A stretch of 60,440 nucleotides of DNA, the filler included, from Sphacelaria rigidula (Eukaryota): NCBI GenBank assembly GCA_964200075.2. It is 3 parts of 3 records of this genome, joined end to end, with 100 filler letters (N's around TTAATTAATTAA, not from the genome) between each part and the next. Parts side by side here need not be neighbours in the genome. Positions count along the whole stretch, not along the records: positions 20,192 to 40,272 come from CAXNAA020000572.1; 2 more parts are not named here. One strand, written 5' to 3'. The notes under the pieces are model-generated. The model saw nothing but the letters and a program-made list of their open reading frames with translations. It was not told the origin of the DNA and ran no database searches. Of this stretch, positions 23,501-35,140 are shown piece after piece. Position numbers and translations under genes: made by a program. How positions within the stretch are numbered: position 1 is the stretch's first letter; each line of letters opens with the position of its first letter.

Positions 23501-26080
23501 ACAACCGCAGCGGAACCCAGGAGTACGGGCGATGCACGTGCATAACGTACGCATAACGACCTGTCGATTCCTGGACTCGTGCTGGGGCCGCATCATTACC
23601 TTTGGCACGGGCGTGATCATGTAGTTGGGGGGCACGGCTTGCTGAAGATGAACGCTCGACAGTTGTCCATTGTCGTCACGATAATAAACCACAGATGATG
23701 TTCGAGTCAGATCGAGAGAGAACACGCTCCAGGTCGTCCTGTTTCGTATTATGGCAGACGACCCCCTACCTGCGGCGGCGATCTTGTATCCAACTATATA
23801 TACGAAAAATCAAGTACAGAATGCTTTCGTTGTCAACTTGTGGATGGTGTGTGCCGCGTTGCACTTCAACCTCCACATTCGAATTAGGATTCAACGCCGC
23901 TGGCCTTGCCTCTCCTCTCAACGGTGACTCTTGTCTTGCATACCCACGTGCGAAATAAACATTAGTTAACTTTCCCTCTAAGTGACCTACCTCGTCGCGT
24001 GATTAATTTTACCGTGAGCCAGGATCATGTCGGTAGGCCCACGTCCGTTTCCACAAGGACGGCGAAACGAGGATGGGTCTGATCCCAGAGCCACGATGAC
24101 CTACGAGGACTACGTGTACTTTATGTTGAGCGAGGAGGACCGAGGCAACGAGCACAGTGTACGGTACTGGTTCGCGTGCGTCGATCTTGACGGCGATGGG
24201 CGCATAGGGCACATGGAGATGCGCTTGTTCTATGAAAGTCAGGTAAACGAAAAATGGTTTGTTGAAGAATGGGTGTTCAAAAGTTGCAGTGTACCTGGCG
24301 TTTAATCCAGAATGAAGACGAGTTGAAATATCGTGTTGGCAGCTTCTGTTGTTTCTTTGCATCAAACGTCTTTTAGCATTCGTTTGGTCTAGCTTGCCCT
24401 CTCGCACGCGCTCCCAACTCCCAGGGTTATGATGCTGAGCCACGGTGCTTCGACGTTCATACTTTGCAGTCGTTTTGCATATTTCAGCAAGCGCAGATCA
24501 AGTATACCTCGTCCCACGTGTATTTGTTGGAGTGAGCTCGCGCCGTGTTTAATTTCCCCACCCCAAGCTACTCAATAGTGGACAAAATCGTAATAAAGCA
24601 TTCGTTCTTTTGGGGGTGCAGGTACATCGCATGGAATCTTTGGGGCACGAGGTGGTGCCATTTGAAGATGTGGTCTGTCAAATGTGGGATATGCTGAAGC
24701 TCGGCGACCGCGTCCACGTAACTCTCCAGGTGTGCATCAATTTCCACAGGAGCCTGTGAAACGTGTTATGCTGTATTTGTACGGTATTGATTGTCGCGCT
24801 TTATACTGACCACCCATGGGTCCGGCCGTGGTCGCATGATGGACGTACCCAAGAAAAGCAAAACTGAAACACTCCTTCAAGAAAATGAAGGAGCAGGAAA
24901 AAGTGGAACAAAACGACATAAGTAGACCAAGACGTGAGGAAGAAACGAAGGAGAAAATTCAACAAGAGCAAAACATGGAAAGAGATGACCGACCTTCGAA
25001 AAAAAAAAAGGAGTAAAATAAATAAACGACATGAAGTAATTCAAAAAGGAAAAACCCAAGGGATTCAGGGCAGCAAAGTAGATACAGACATACACCAGTG
25101 GGCACCGCAGAGCCACTGAATGAGGATATAATCAACAGCCGATACGAGCAGACGGGATACTTCGATTGGCGGCCCTCGACGCATCGCCCTCTCGGTTGTG
25201 GCGGCGGTATGCCCACACGAAAGTGCTGCCAGATCCGTTCTAACCACCACGAACGACCATAACAATACTAAAGTTTTGGTTCCAGTATTGCGTGCCCCCA
25301 TCACCATTGCCGAAACAACTTTTGCATACCGTCGTTATACAGGACTTCTTGAAGCCAGAAGCTTTGAAGGTCGGAGGGGTGTTCTTCGATGCCCTTTTCA
25401 ATCTCAACAAATTCATCGGATTTGAACAACGAGATCCGTTCGCGGAGCGGCAACGGAGGAATGACCCTTTTGAAACGGACTGGGATAGGTGAGGACGTGA
25501 ACTTGAACCACTGCCAAAATGGATTGCGACATGTTGCTCAATGAACTTGCGCGCGTTGGACATACAATCTGCTGCACTCTTGTGGAACGAAATGTAGGTC
25601 TGAAAAGTGTCGTGTTCTTCAGGCTTATTTTGCCGACTTCGCTTCGGAACACGCGACGTCACTGTGGCACATGTGGGAAAATCGAAGATGTCAACCGGCA
25701 TCTCATCATAATATTGTACCGTACAACTTACTAGGAATCCATTGATCATACTTCCTCAGCAAGGTTTCCTTACTCAGAGTCATCCTTCAACTCACCCTAA
25801 AGTAAGCTGCTTTTGTTGCGTCCAAGTAGTGGCCGGGGCGATCAAGGCGTGAATTCGTGTCACGTTCGTAGATCCATACTAACGAAAAAGCATGCGCTCT
25901 ATCGGCAGATTCGCTTTTCATGACTACAACCGGTTGGCTGCAGAAGACGAGAGAGATGTGGGCGATTCAACGGATATGGACGGAAGTGACGATTGGATTG
26001 TCACCGATGATGATGAAGATAACGATGACGTGTTGGGCAGGCTGGGGCAAGACGGTGCGACAGTCGAGGCGCCATTCTAG
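20513..26080 (+). CDS. PPP2R3: Protein phosphatase 2A regulatory subunit B'' (PR72/PR130 family, EF-hand), 8 exons, 646 aa
   Basis: Exons 20513-21439, 22128-22261, 22723-22813, 22919-23061, 24023-24242, 24622-24729, 25343-25488, 25909-26080. All introns are GT-AG with consistent phases; total 1941 nt. Family motifs: [30 protein letters not shown] (EF-hand), [19 protein letters not shown] (EF-hand), [22 protein letters not shown]. Confidence 0.95.
24786..25085 (-). repeat. Family C retroposon in PP2A B'' intron 6
   Basis: Reverse complement: TTCTTGGGTACGTCCATCATGCGACCACGGCCGGACCCATGGGTGGTCAGTATAAAGCGCGACAATCAAT, preceded by a pyrimidine-rich tract. Confidence 0.75.
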
Positions 26081-26376
26081 CACTGCCCGACAATTTTGTC
26101 TCCCATGTAGACGGCATCTGCGGCATGCAGTGTGTTTATTCGCCTATTTTGAGCGGTATAAATATGAAAAAGCAGTCGATGTAGTATGCCCCCGCCCTTT
26201 TCAGCACCAAAAATGTCTTCATTTGTGTCCCCTTCCCCGCGTCGCGGTCGCGTGATGTTGATGAAGGATCTGTCGTCCCGTTGTGCGTTGTTGCTCCGCG
26301 AGAGTACTGCGAAAGTAAATGTCTTCAAAATGTAGAAATAATAGATTACATTTTCTAGTAGACAACAAAAACAATG

Positions 26377-29300
26377 TCAGTACTTGTCGTCCTTGTCCTC
26401 TCGTAGCGTCATCTCCCGGATTAGTACTGGCACAGAAGTTGGTGGTAGGAACCCAAACTCGGTGATGACGAGTGTCACGTGTTTGATGGGAGTGAGGTCG
26501 TAGCGAAGATTCAGCAGCGTGAGGCTGCGAGAAATTGGGCAGCGACGGACGGACAGGTACACAGTTAAGGGGCACTTATTTAATATTACACGTCGTTAAC
26601 TGTGCTCGCGAAATTGTATCACATTATGACATTTATAGCATTTCGATGCATGGTCTGCGTCTTACTTGGGTAGCGTCTTGAACTCTCGAGTGTCCCCGCT
26701 CGCCGCTGACAGCAAGTCGACGGGGTTGCCCAGCTCGTTGTACACGATTGAATCAAGTTGGCTCTTCTCGCAGAACTGTTGGGGACGAACATACGTTACA
26801 GTAGTCGGACAGTCACAAATTACATATCTCAACCACAGATGATCATTGTCGTAGGAACAACCGAAAGCAAACAAATTCCTGCTATTTCGACCGGGACGAG
26901 CAATCCTTTGACAAGCATCTCACACCCCTGTATCGTAACCCGATAAACCGCTGCGATCGAGTTATGGAGTTACCAATAATATACAACGCATATGTAACAT
27001 CCCGCGTATAAATGACTGCTACATGCCTCGTTACATGGCTGCCCGCATTGCGTTGGCTCATACCCATGTCTTGATACTACTGTATTGGTGCTCTTTTGCC
27101 AGTCACGAAGCAAGCGTGATCAACTACAGAAAATTCTCACCTTGTAAGTCTCACAGCAGAACATGACGGGGAGGTTGTGCGAACGAGCCATCATGGCCAC
27201 GACCGCCTGCAAGCAGTGGGAGGAGTGAGTGCCCAATGGAAGACGGGCTCTGTTATGCTCACGTGCTGTGTTCACGAAAGGGGACTCGCACCAGTTGTCA
27301 AACTAAGCGCCCGCTTGCTTCGGAGAAGATGGCAAAAGACGCTGAAATTACAACACTGGCATATCTCACCGTTCCGACCCTTGATAGCACGGTCCCGTTC
27401 GACATCATCGCCGAGGCCCCAATGAAGACCTTCGTGACTTCCTGCACAAGCGAAATAAAGATAGTCTCTCATTAGCCAACGCGCGTTTCCAACATACAAT
27501 TGGCAGCAGGCAAAATGTATCCTTGTCCCATTTTTGAGCACAAACTGGCGGTCGATCAACTCAAGTGCGAGAAGTACAGAATCATAACGGGATGGAGAGC
27601 ACTCACCCTCATGATGTACGAAATCGCTGTGAGAAGAACGTATGTGCAAGGGACACCTTCTGCTGATAGAGTGTCAGCCAGCTGCCTTCCCTCCACTCCA
27701 GGCAGAGAGTCTACGATGATGACTCGGAAAGACCCTCGCTTCACCCGCTGTGCGGACACCAGAATGCTTTCAACCAATGACGACCTGCACGATAGAAACA
27801 CGGAGGTTGTCGCTGGCAGCACTACTGTACATATGTCAAATCTCCACACCAACTGCGGCTTCAACGAAGATCGCGACAAGTACCTGTCTATTGGTTCAAG
27901 CAATTGTGGGGGTCAATAAACTATTTAGAGTACAACGCCCTTGAAGTGCTCTTCGGATGTCTAGCACTGAAAATTGTTTGCGGTGATGCCGAGTTCCCGA
28001 ACCGGGGGACAAGTGGTGTCATGCAACGGTAGGTGACGTTGGGAACCGAAACTTAACGGTGTCTGGATAAAAGGCGTACCTGCCGTACGTGAGAATAACA
28101 TCCCCCTCTCTGATCTTGGTGATGGCGTTCTTGCCGATCTCAGCTGCAGCCAAAGTAATCCGAATGTTGATAAACTCGTTTATCTTATCGATAATTCCTG
28201 CTTTGGCCTCGGCCTCAGGGGACGATGGAGGTGACTTTGCGATTATATTCCGAAGTGCCTTCGACAGACACGATGCAGCGGGCGAGATGCAATCACAGGA
28301 AGAACAAGCGAGAAAAGTCATATCATCAGCGTCATAATTCTTCCGATCTACCGTTGAGTGATATGAACTTTCTGGAGCCATGCCACCAGACTGCGACTCA
28401 GATCGGCACTCGATGACGGAAACGTCGCATACCAAAAGAAGAAAGCAAGACTACTCACCCAACACGCTAGATCGAAGTAGCCGGCGTCGAACGGCCGCAG
28501 CTACATTTAGATATTGTCGGCTTGGATTTACGCATACCTTATGAGCGTTGCCCATGCTGAAAGAGTGGCCTCGACAGTCGATGAGGTATTGCATCATCGG
28601 TCGTATCTTCTTGTCTAAATCTCTGCTCAGCATCTTCATGGTATTGGCAAGGGAAGCAACGGGCGATGTGTGGCTCTCGTGAGTACATTGAGCGTTGTGG
28701 AGATCGCAACGAAATGTGAGAACAGAGCCAGAATGGACAGCGCACAACGGTAAATCGCAGTGGGCAATAACGCGAACATTGTGTGAGAAAAAAGTGTCAA
28801 CGCACCTTGTCTGGAGGAGTAGCGTAGTCCATAACAACGTGCTTGAACGCCACCAACATTGCCACAGCTCTTGCCGTTGCTCCTGTCACCTCCCCGCTGG
28901 CATATTTGCGTCCCAACGTGACAATTGCGGGGTGGATCTCTCCCTGCTCATAAACACGATCCAGAGTTACAATCGGACAACGGGTACAAAACCAGTCAAC
29001 CTTCGACGACAGTGCAACTGCAGACGCTCCACATTTTGGAACACCCATACTTGTGAGGAAACAGCGGGGTCGGATTTACATTCAAATCTTCCTGCACGAT
29101 ATGGCGGTGCATATTGCTTCATGATTTCACACATCTTGGATGACGTTTTGTTGGTGATTGAACTCATGGAATTGTGTTCGATGAAGCGTCTATCAGAGCG
29201 TGCGCTCTAGTTCTATCCACCGTTAGATGGTCGGCGAGGGGAGGGATATGCAACCACAACGTGTATGAAATCCGAACAAGGACACGGACGGTCCTTCACC

Positions 29301-29829
29301 TTCCACCACATCAACTAGTTTCGAAGATGCGTGGTGATGAACACACAGATATGATTTTGAAGGCTCGTGGGTTGATGAAATACATCTTGTAGAACACGAC
29401 GGAAATAACATCTGCACACTGCATCCCTGCGTCCGCGTTGCATTCACGTTTGGCTAGCGCTTCTTGCGAGTATCAACCACATCAAACGTATTTTGTGCTT
29501 CACCCATTGTGGCACCCCCAAAACTGGCGGTAGCATGATAACACCAGACAAATACCAGAAGAGGGCGTTCGCTACTTCATCGTCTGATAAACATGCGTCT
29601 ACGCTTCTTTCATCGCTGAAATTTTGAAACGACCACCCACCAGATGTATGCAGGCAGTTGTACATGTCTAGCAGCTCATTGGCGTGGCTCCGCGTATCTA
29701 CACAAGGGTGCCGATTAAGCACGAGTGACGTCAATTGAAATACGCGGCAGACGCACCTTAACCGCGGAAGGCACTCCTCTCTTGTACTCTTTGAGATGAG
29801 AAAACATGTGTACTCGTTTCTCCGGAACC
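26377..29829 (-). CDS. EIF2B4: Translation initiation factor eIF2B subunit delta (GCD2/EIF2B4), at least 9 exons, 5' exons unresolved
   Basis: Exons 29829-29757, 28943-28806, 28633-28538, 28258-28080, 27784-27607, 27441-27370, 27206-27141, 26775-26666, 26524-26377. GT-AG introns, in phase. Motifs: KRVHMFSHL, IHPAIVTLG, CRGHSFSMGNA, GDVILTYGRSS, VIIVDSLP..EG, NGTVLSRVGTA, CCETYKF, NELGNP, LNLRYDLTP, TEFGFLPPTSVPVLIRE. Confidence 0.93.
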
Positions 29830-31324
29830 CTGTTTTCGCTCGCCCCTCGCCTCTGCCGTTGCCACAATAAAAGACAAGATGCATGCACGGGAATATTGGA
29901 AATGATTGTTTACTTTGGTGTTGAAAAATCTGCGGCAAGCGGGCGCAGCATGCACCACTTATTACATGGTGAACCTTCCAAACAAAAGACAGAACAAAGC
30001 ATAGAACACCTTCTCACTCTAGACTGTATGTGTCTCACATCTGCAAAAAAATCATGTGCCAGTTTAGAAGACTCCCCAAAACGTTGGCAGGTGTTGTGCC
30101 GGTTTGGGACGATTTTCCTGAACGTCGCCAGATATGTGTACCATCATCAACAGTGGCTGACGAGTGCCTTGGGGATGATACATGGCGCTAATGCTGCCTC
30201 ATCATATTGATGTGACGATCACAAAGCGGTGACTCGGTTACTTCTTCATGTTCAAGATTGGAGTGTGGTGGGGTTTGGATTTGTGTCTCGTTTGGTTTGT
30301 CTGCGTTGAGGGGGGAGGGGGGCGACAGTCACCCTCTTGTTCCGTGCTGCTACAGTATCTGGTTACTTCTGGTTTTGTACCTGTTGTTCGGCAGATTCGA
30401 CCAACGCAACTTTTTCGTGCGTGTGCTGCACATGCGTATTCGACATTGAACTGAAATCCTTTCTTGAAACTCAAGTATACGTGTACACACGAATGACAGA
30501 AATGAATAGTACACGTTCATTCTCACATACTGTGCTCTCCGAAACACCATCATCACCATCGAAATGGAGACTGAGGTTCCACGGATATAAAGTACACAAG
30601 ACGTTCGGCAAAGCTGTTTTTGGTATGCAAATAGAGCTGAAATTTTATACATACTTCCTCCGTCCCACACGTACAGTCGGTTATGTTCACGCAGCCCCTT
30701 AACCGTGTTCGACGCATTGGGCGATAATGCTCTTGAAATCTTCGGCGTTTTTTCAGTTGGATTTTTTTTCGAATCGTCATACGTCGGCGAACGGTAGTGA
30801 AAAAATCACGCTGTCCGAAAATGGTCGCATTTGCTCCTATTCCGGGAGGGGGAAAACGAAAAAAAAAATCGTCCTCGCCGTCACTGGAATTTGATACTAG
30901 GTTGTCCCAGGCCTTAATAAAGGCCTCACTCTCGTATTCTACCGCCCTTTCGAACGTTCCCGCTCTACGCCGCGCTGTAACCCCGTTATGCTCCACATTT
31001 CAGTCGCTACAGGCTGGGCCGCCTAAGAAGCTCAGTTTCCTTGAGCCCGCTCTGACCGACGACGTTTCGCGAGTTGTGCCTACCAGGACACATGGTGGTA
31101 ATCGGCAAGTCAGCGCGCGTCTTCAAATTCATGTAGCACTGCGATCCGACAAGGTATCATCAAACGAAATACCAAACTGTAGTCAAGTGCGAACGTGTAT
31201 AGAGTTGAGGGTACTATGTGCGGCAGAATTAGCCAAAAGAAAACGGCTGATATTGGATTTTCGGTTACAGTCAGTTTTGTGCCGCGTGATGCCGCACAAG
31301 CTGTAGCACAATTCCCGAGCTCAA

Positions 31325-31945
31325 TACTCAGCCTTTTTCGATGAAATTTTGACATGATGTACAGGACGTATGTGCAAACACCCCGTCGTTCCTCCCGCGT
31401 GTTTTTTTTCTTTCTCCGTGAGTTATCGGCAACGGAACATTTCAGAACAGTTTTTTCGGAACAAAATTGCCAATAACTCACGAAGAAAAACAAAAACAAA
31501 CAAAAAAAGGAGGAAAATTTCGGTATTCGCCCTTACGTCCTGTACTTTGTTTCAAAATTTCATCGAAAACAGCTCAAAATTGAACGGCACAAATGGGTTT
31601 GAGCTATTCGTAACTGGTCCACCTCCATATACTACAAAAACCGCTTGTCGACGGAATGACGCATATTCTTCGCTCAATTTTGGATCGTTCTTCGATGAAT
31701 TATTGACACAATGTACAGGACGCATGTGCGGATACCAAACCTTTTTTCCCATGTTTTTTTTCTTCCTCCGTGAGTATATGGCGACGGAACATTTCAGACC
31801 AGTTTTTTCGGGACAAAATTGCCAATAACTCACGAAGAAGACGAAAGAAAAAACATGGGAGGAAAAGTTTGGTATTCGCACATAATTCCTGTACAACGTG
31901 TCAAAATTTCATCGAAAACGATCCAAAATTGGGCGAAGAATATGC
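31325..31945. repeat. Two tandem ~260-bp foldback (palindromic) units
   Basis: Arms GATGAA(A/T)T(T/A)TTGACA...TGTACAGGACG versus TCCTGTAC...TCAAAATTTCATCGAAAAC. Both units share the loop CTCCGTGAG...GGAACATTTCAG...AAAATTGCCAATAACTCACGAAGAA. Confidence 0.8.
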
Positions 31946-33724
31946 GTTTCAACATTCCTGGTGGCTTCTTGGGCGGCCCAGCTCGTACATTAACCCAAGT
32001 CAAAAGTGGGAAATTTGGTGATTTATTCGTAATTGGCGATTTTCTGTAGGTTCTTTCGCTTGCCACCGCTCACCACATTGGGGACCTGAAGATACTAGTA
32101 TCCGCTCCACATTCCAAGCAAACAAAGTCATCTGTACCTCATACTGAGAGACTTATGGGCGGACCGGTCAACGGGAGACACTTGCTGCGATAACCCCTCC
32201 CAAAAAAATGGCTGGTTTGGGGGAGGCAAAATGTACACATGAATCGAAATTAATAAAGCCGAACACAACGAGCAGCTGGGAATTCCCACGCTGGGGTTCG
32301 TTTTCGCTAATGTCGCCCATAAGAGGCGCTTCATACAGCCTGAAACCAAACGTCAGGCGCTGTACGACCATTTTCTTCGTGACAGTTTTGGGTTGGTTTC
32401 GGGGGGGCAATCGTAGAAAGACTCGGGGGTCCTGCCACGTTTAAGCCCAGATTCTGACTCTTCGGTAATTTCGGTCGATCGAGCCATTCCCGATCGTATT
32501 TGTGAAGAAATGAAAAGGGCTTGTTTTTTTTTCAACTCCACCTACTGATTGCGCTAAAGCCGAATGACTGTGTTTCACGGTCAATATCGTCCTATTGATA
32601 AACGGGGTATCTACTCGTATCGCCCGATAACATCGACGAGCACTGACTTTGGGCACTGGGGAGGGAAGACGATCTGTTTATTTCACCACAATCTATCGAC
32701 GCTAGCAAATGCAAGTTCTATCGAAGAGTATACGCGAGCAAAATCCCAACTTAGGCCGTGCCCATGTCGAAATTGAGGTACCGTACTATATCGCCGAACT
32801 TGCGAAGTGTTGGGTTCAATATTATTCCTTCTCGATATTATGGAGGCTTTAGTCACGGTGATGTATACGTTCTACTAGCTGAAGTCATGTTCCGCAGTTC
32901 CAATTATCTCGAGCTCAGACAAGAGGCCATCGTGGGAAGAGTGTTGGGTACTGTCAGCTTCAAAAGCTCGCTCCACGGGCGATGCTCCACATAGGAGAAA
33001 GCTGCATGACGCACGAGATTCGGTATAGCACATGTCGCAAGCGATTTTTGCTGAAAAGACGTCTGTATCTCCTAGAGAAGGGCGAAGTTGATGCAGGGTT
33101 CTCTGGATGCGGGCCCAACTCTGTGCGCATCGGTCTTGAAACACACATCCTTGTCTGTTGTACATGAAATATGTTGTTTGCTGCTGTGTTCGATACTGCG
33201 CACCAACCGCGGCGTGACGCCTTGGGCAGTACTACTTGCTCACTGCACAGCGGCAGGGTGCAGGGTGACAAAGCACACCACAGGACGTCGCATCCTTAGC
33301 CTATCCCTATGCTGCTTTGACTTCGCGCTGTCCTATGCAGTTCGCCACATCATGACCGCAACCGCTTGTATCTACCGCCAACGTGTACGCGGGGTATCAC
33401 TCCTCGCTACGCCCACATTTTGTGAAGCTGTCCGTGTTGAAGCTACCAGTGTTACGCCAAGGCTTTAAAAAAAAATCAACAGGTATTTGAACGCCTCCCC
33501 GAAAAACGGTGGATGACGGCAAATATCCCGATTTCGGAAGGACGGTCCGCACCTGCTGTGCATGCAGCAACGGTCCAGACAGCATCGTCCAGGAGGAAGG
33601 AGGAGACGTATGAACAATTCAGGTGCGGTCATATATAGACAGACAATTTCATTCGCAATTTTCAACGGCTACAGTGCGGTATACAACGAACTGTGGCAGA
33701 ATCCGTGCAGCGCAGGCTGAACTT

Positions 33725-34495
33725 CCCCTCCCCCTGTAAAACCTGACCTCCGGTGTTATGGGAGAGCACCGCCTTCGACCTACACCACCGACAGAGACAC
33801 AGACGAGGGTTTCGTCTTCTGCACAACAGACCCTTTTCATTACGGAAGGATTCGCCGAAATCCATCCATGCTGCAAAATGTACGAGGTCGCCAAAGTTTG
33901 AAATAATTCAACTTTCCTGAACACCAGTACACGGGAGCTCTGGAGTGCCTGGTGTGATACTGCAGTTCGATCAGTACATAACACCATATTAATGCTCCCA
34001 GGTTAAACAAGCGGACACATGAACGATCAACATGTATTGATGTATAGGCAGACAGCTCCGGTCGCAAATTGCAACGGCAACGGTGCGGTATGCAAATACC
34101 CATGGCATAACTCGCGCAGCGTACTGTGAACATCACCCCCGCCTGTTAAACCTGACCTCCGGTGTTACGGGAGAGCACGGCGCTCAATCTACATCACCGA
34201 CAGGGGCATGGAGGGGGGCCTCACCTGCTATACTAAGATGACCATTCACTATAAGAACGTTTGCTGAAATTCATCTATGCCACAAATGAATCAAGTTCGC
34301 TGAAGTGTGAAAAAGTCGACTTGTGCTATATACCCGCATACAGGATGGATCTCTGGAGTGCCTGGTGTGCTGTAACACAATCAGTATACATTCGTGTAGC
34401 ACAGCCCCCAGGTGGAAGGAGCACGAGGATGAACGAATAAGGTGTGTCAATACAGAGTCAGACAGCTCCTTTCGCAAATTAGAACGGTAGTACAG
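33725..34495 (+). repeat. Diverged ~410-bp direct tandem duplication
   Basis: AAACCTGACCTCCGGTGTTA(T/C)GGGAGAGCAC at ~33740 and ~34150. CTCTGGAGTGCCTGGTGTG at ~33938 and ~34350. CAGACAGCTCC...TCGCAAATT in both copies. Confidence 0.85.
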
Positions 34496-34526
34496 GCTGA
34501 GCCGTCTAAGACGCGGACAGGGATGT

Positions 34527-35140
34527 GAACACGCGATTTAACAGCGGAGTTTCAGGTTGTTTTCTATGAAATTTTGACACGATGTATAGGATGTATGTGC
34601 GAAGACGTCACCCTTTCCCCCATATATATATATATATATTCTTCAAGTTATTCACGATTTCGTTCCGAAAAAAACTGTTGTGAAATGTTTGGCCGCCGAT
34701 AACTCACGGGGGAAAATATATATATGCAGAGGGGAAAAGGTGGCGTCTTCGCACGTACATCCTGTACATCGTGTCAAAATTTCATTGAAAACGACCTGAA
34801 ACTCAGCTGTTATATCGCGTGTTCGTGTCCAAGACTGGTTCCTATGTGGAGATGAACCAGCCAGGAAAAAATGAAACGCGGTTATGCTGTTGAATTTCAA
34901 GTTCTTTCACGAAATTTCGACACGATACGCATGAGGTATGTTTGGAACTCCCTATTGTTCCCCCTCAACATTGTATTTTATTTTGAATGAGTTGTCGACG
35001 CGTTTGCACCAATAACATACAAGGGGAAAAAAACATAGGGGGGGGCGAACGGTAGGGGCTTCACATATACCTAATGTATGTATACCGTGTCAAATTTTCA
35101 TGGAAGACAACTTCAAATTGAGCAGTGAAATCGCGTTTTT
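34527..35140. repeat. Two more foldback units of the same family as 31325-31945
   Basis: 34527-34824 has ~100-bp inverted arms (GAACACGCGATTTAACAGCGGAGTTTCAGG... / ...CCTGAAACTCAGCTGTTATATCGCGTGTTC). A more decayed unit lies at ~34872-35140. Confidence 0.82.
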
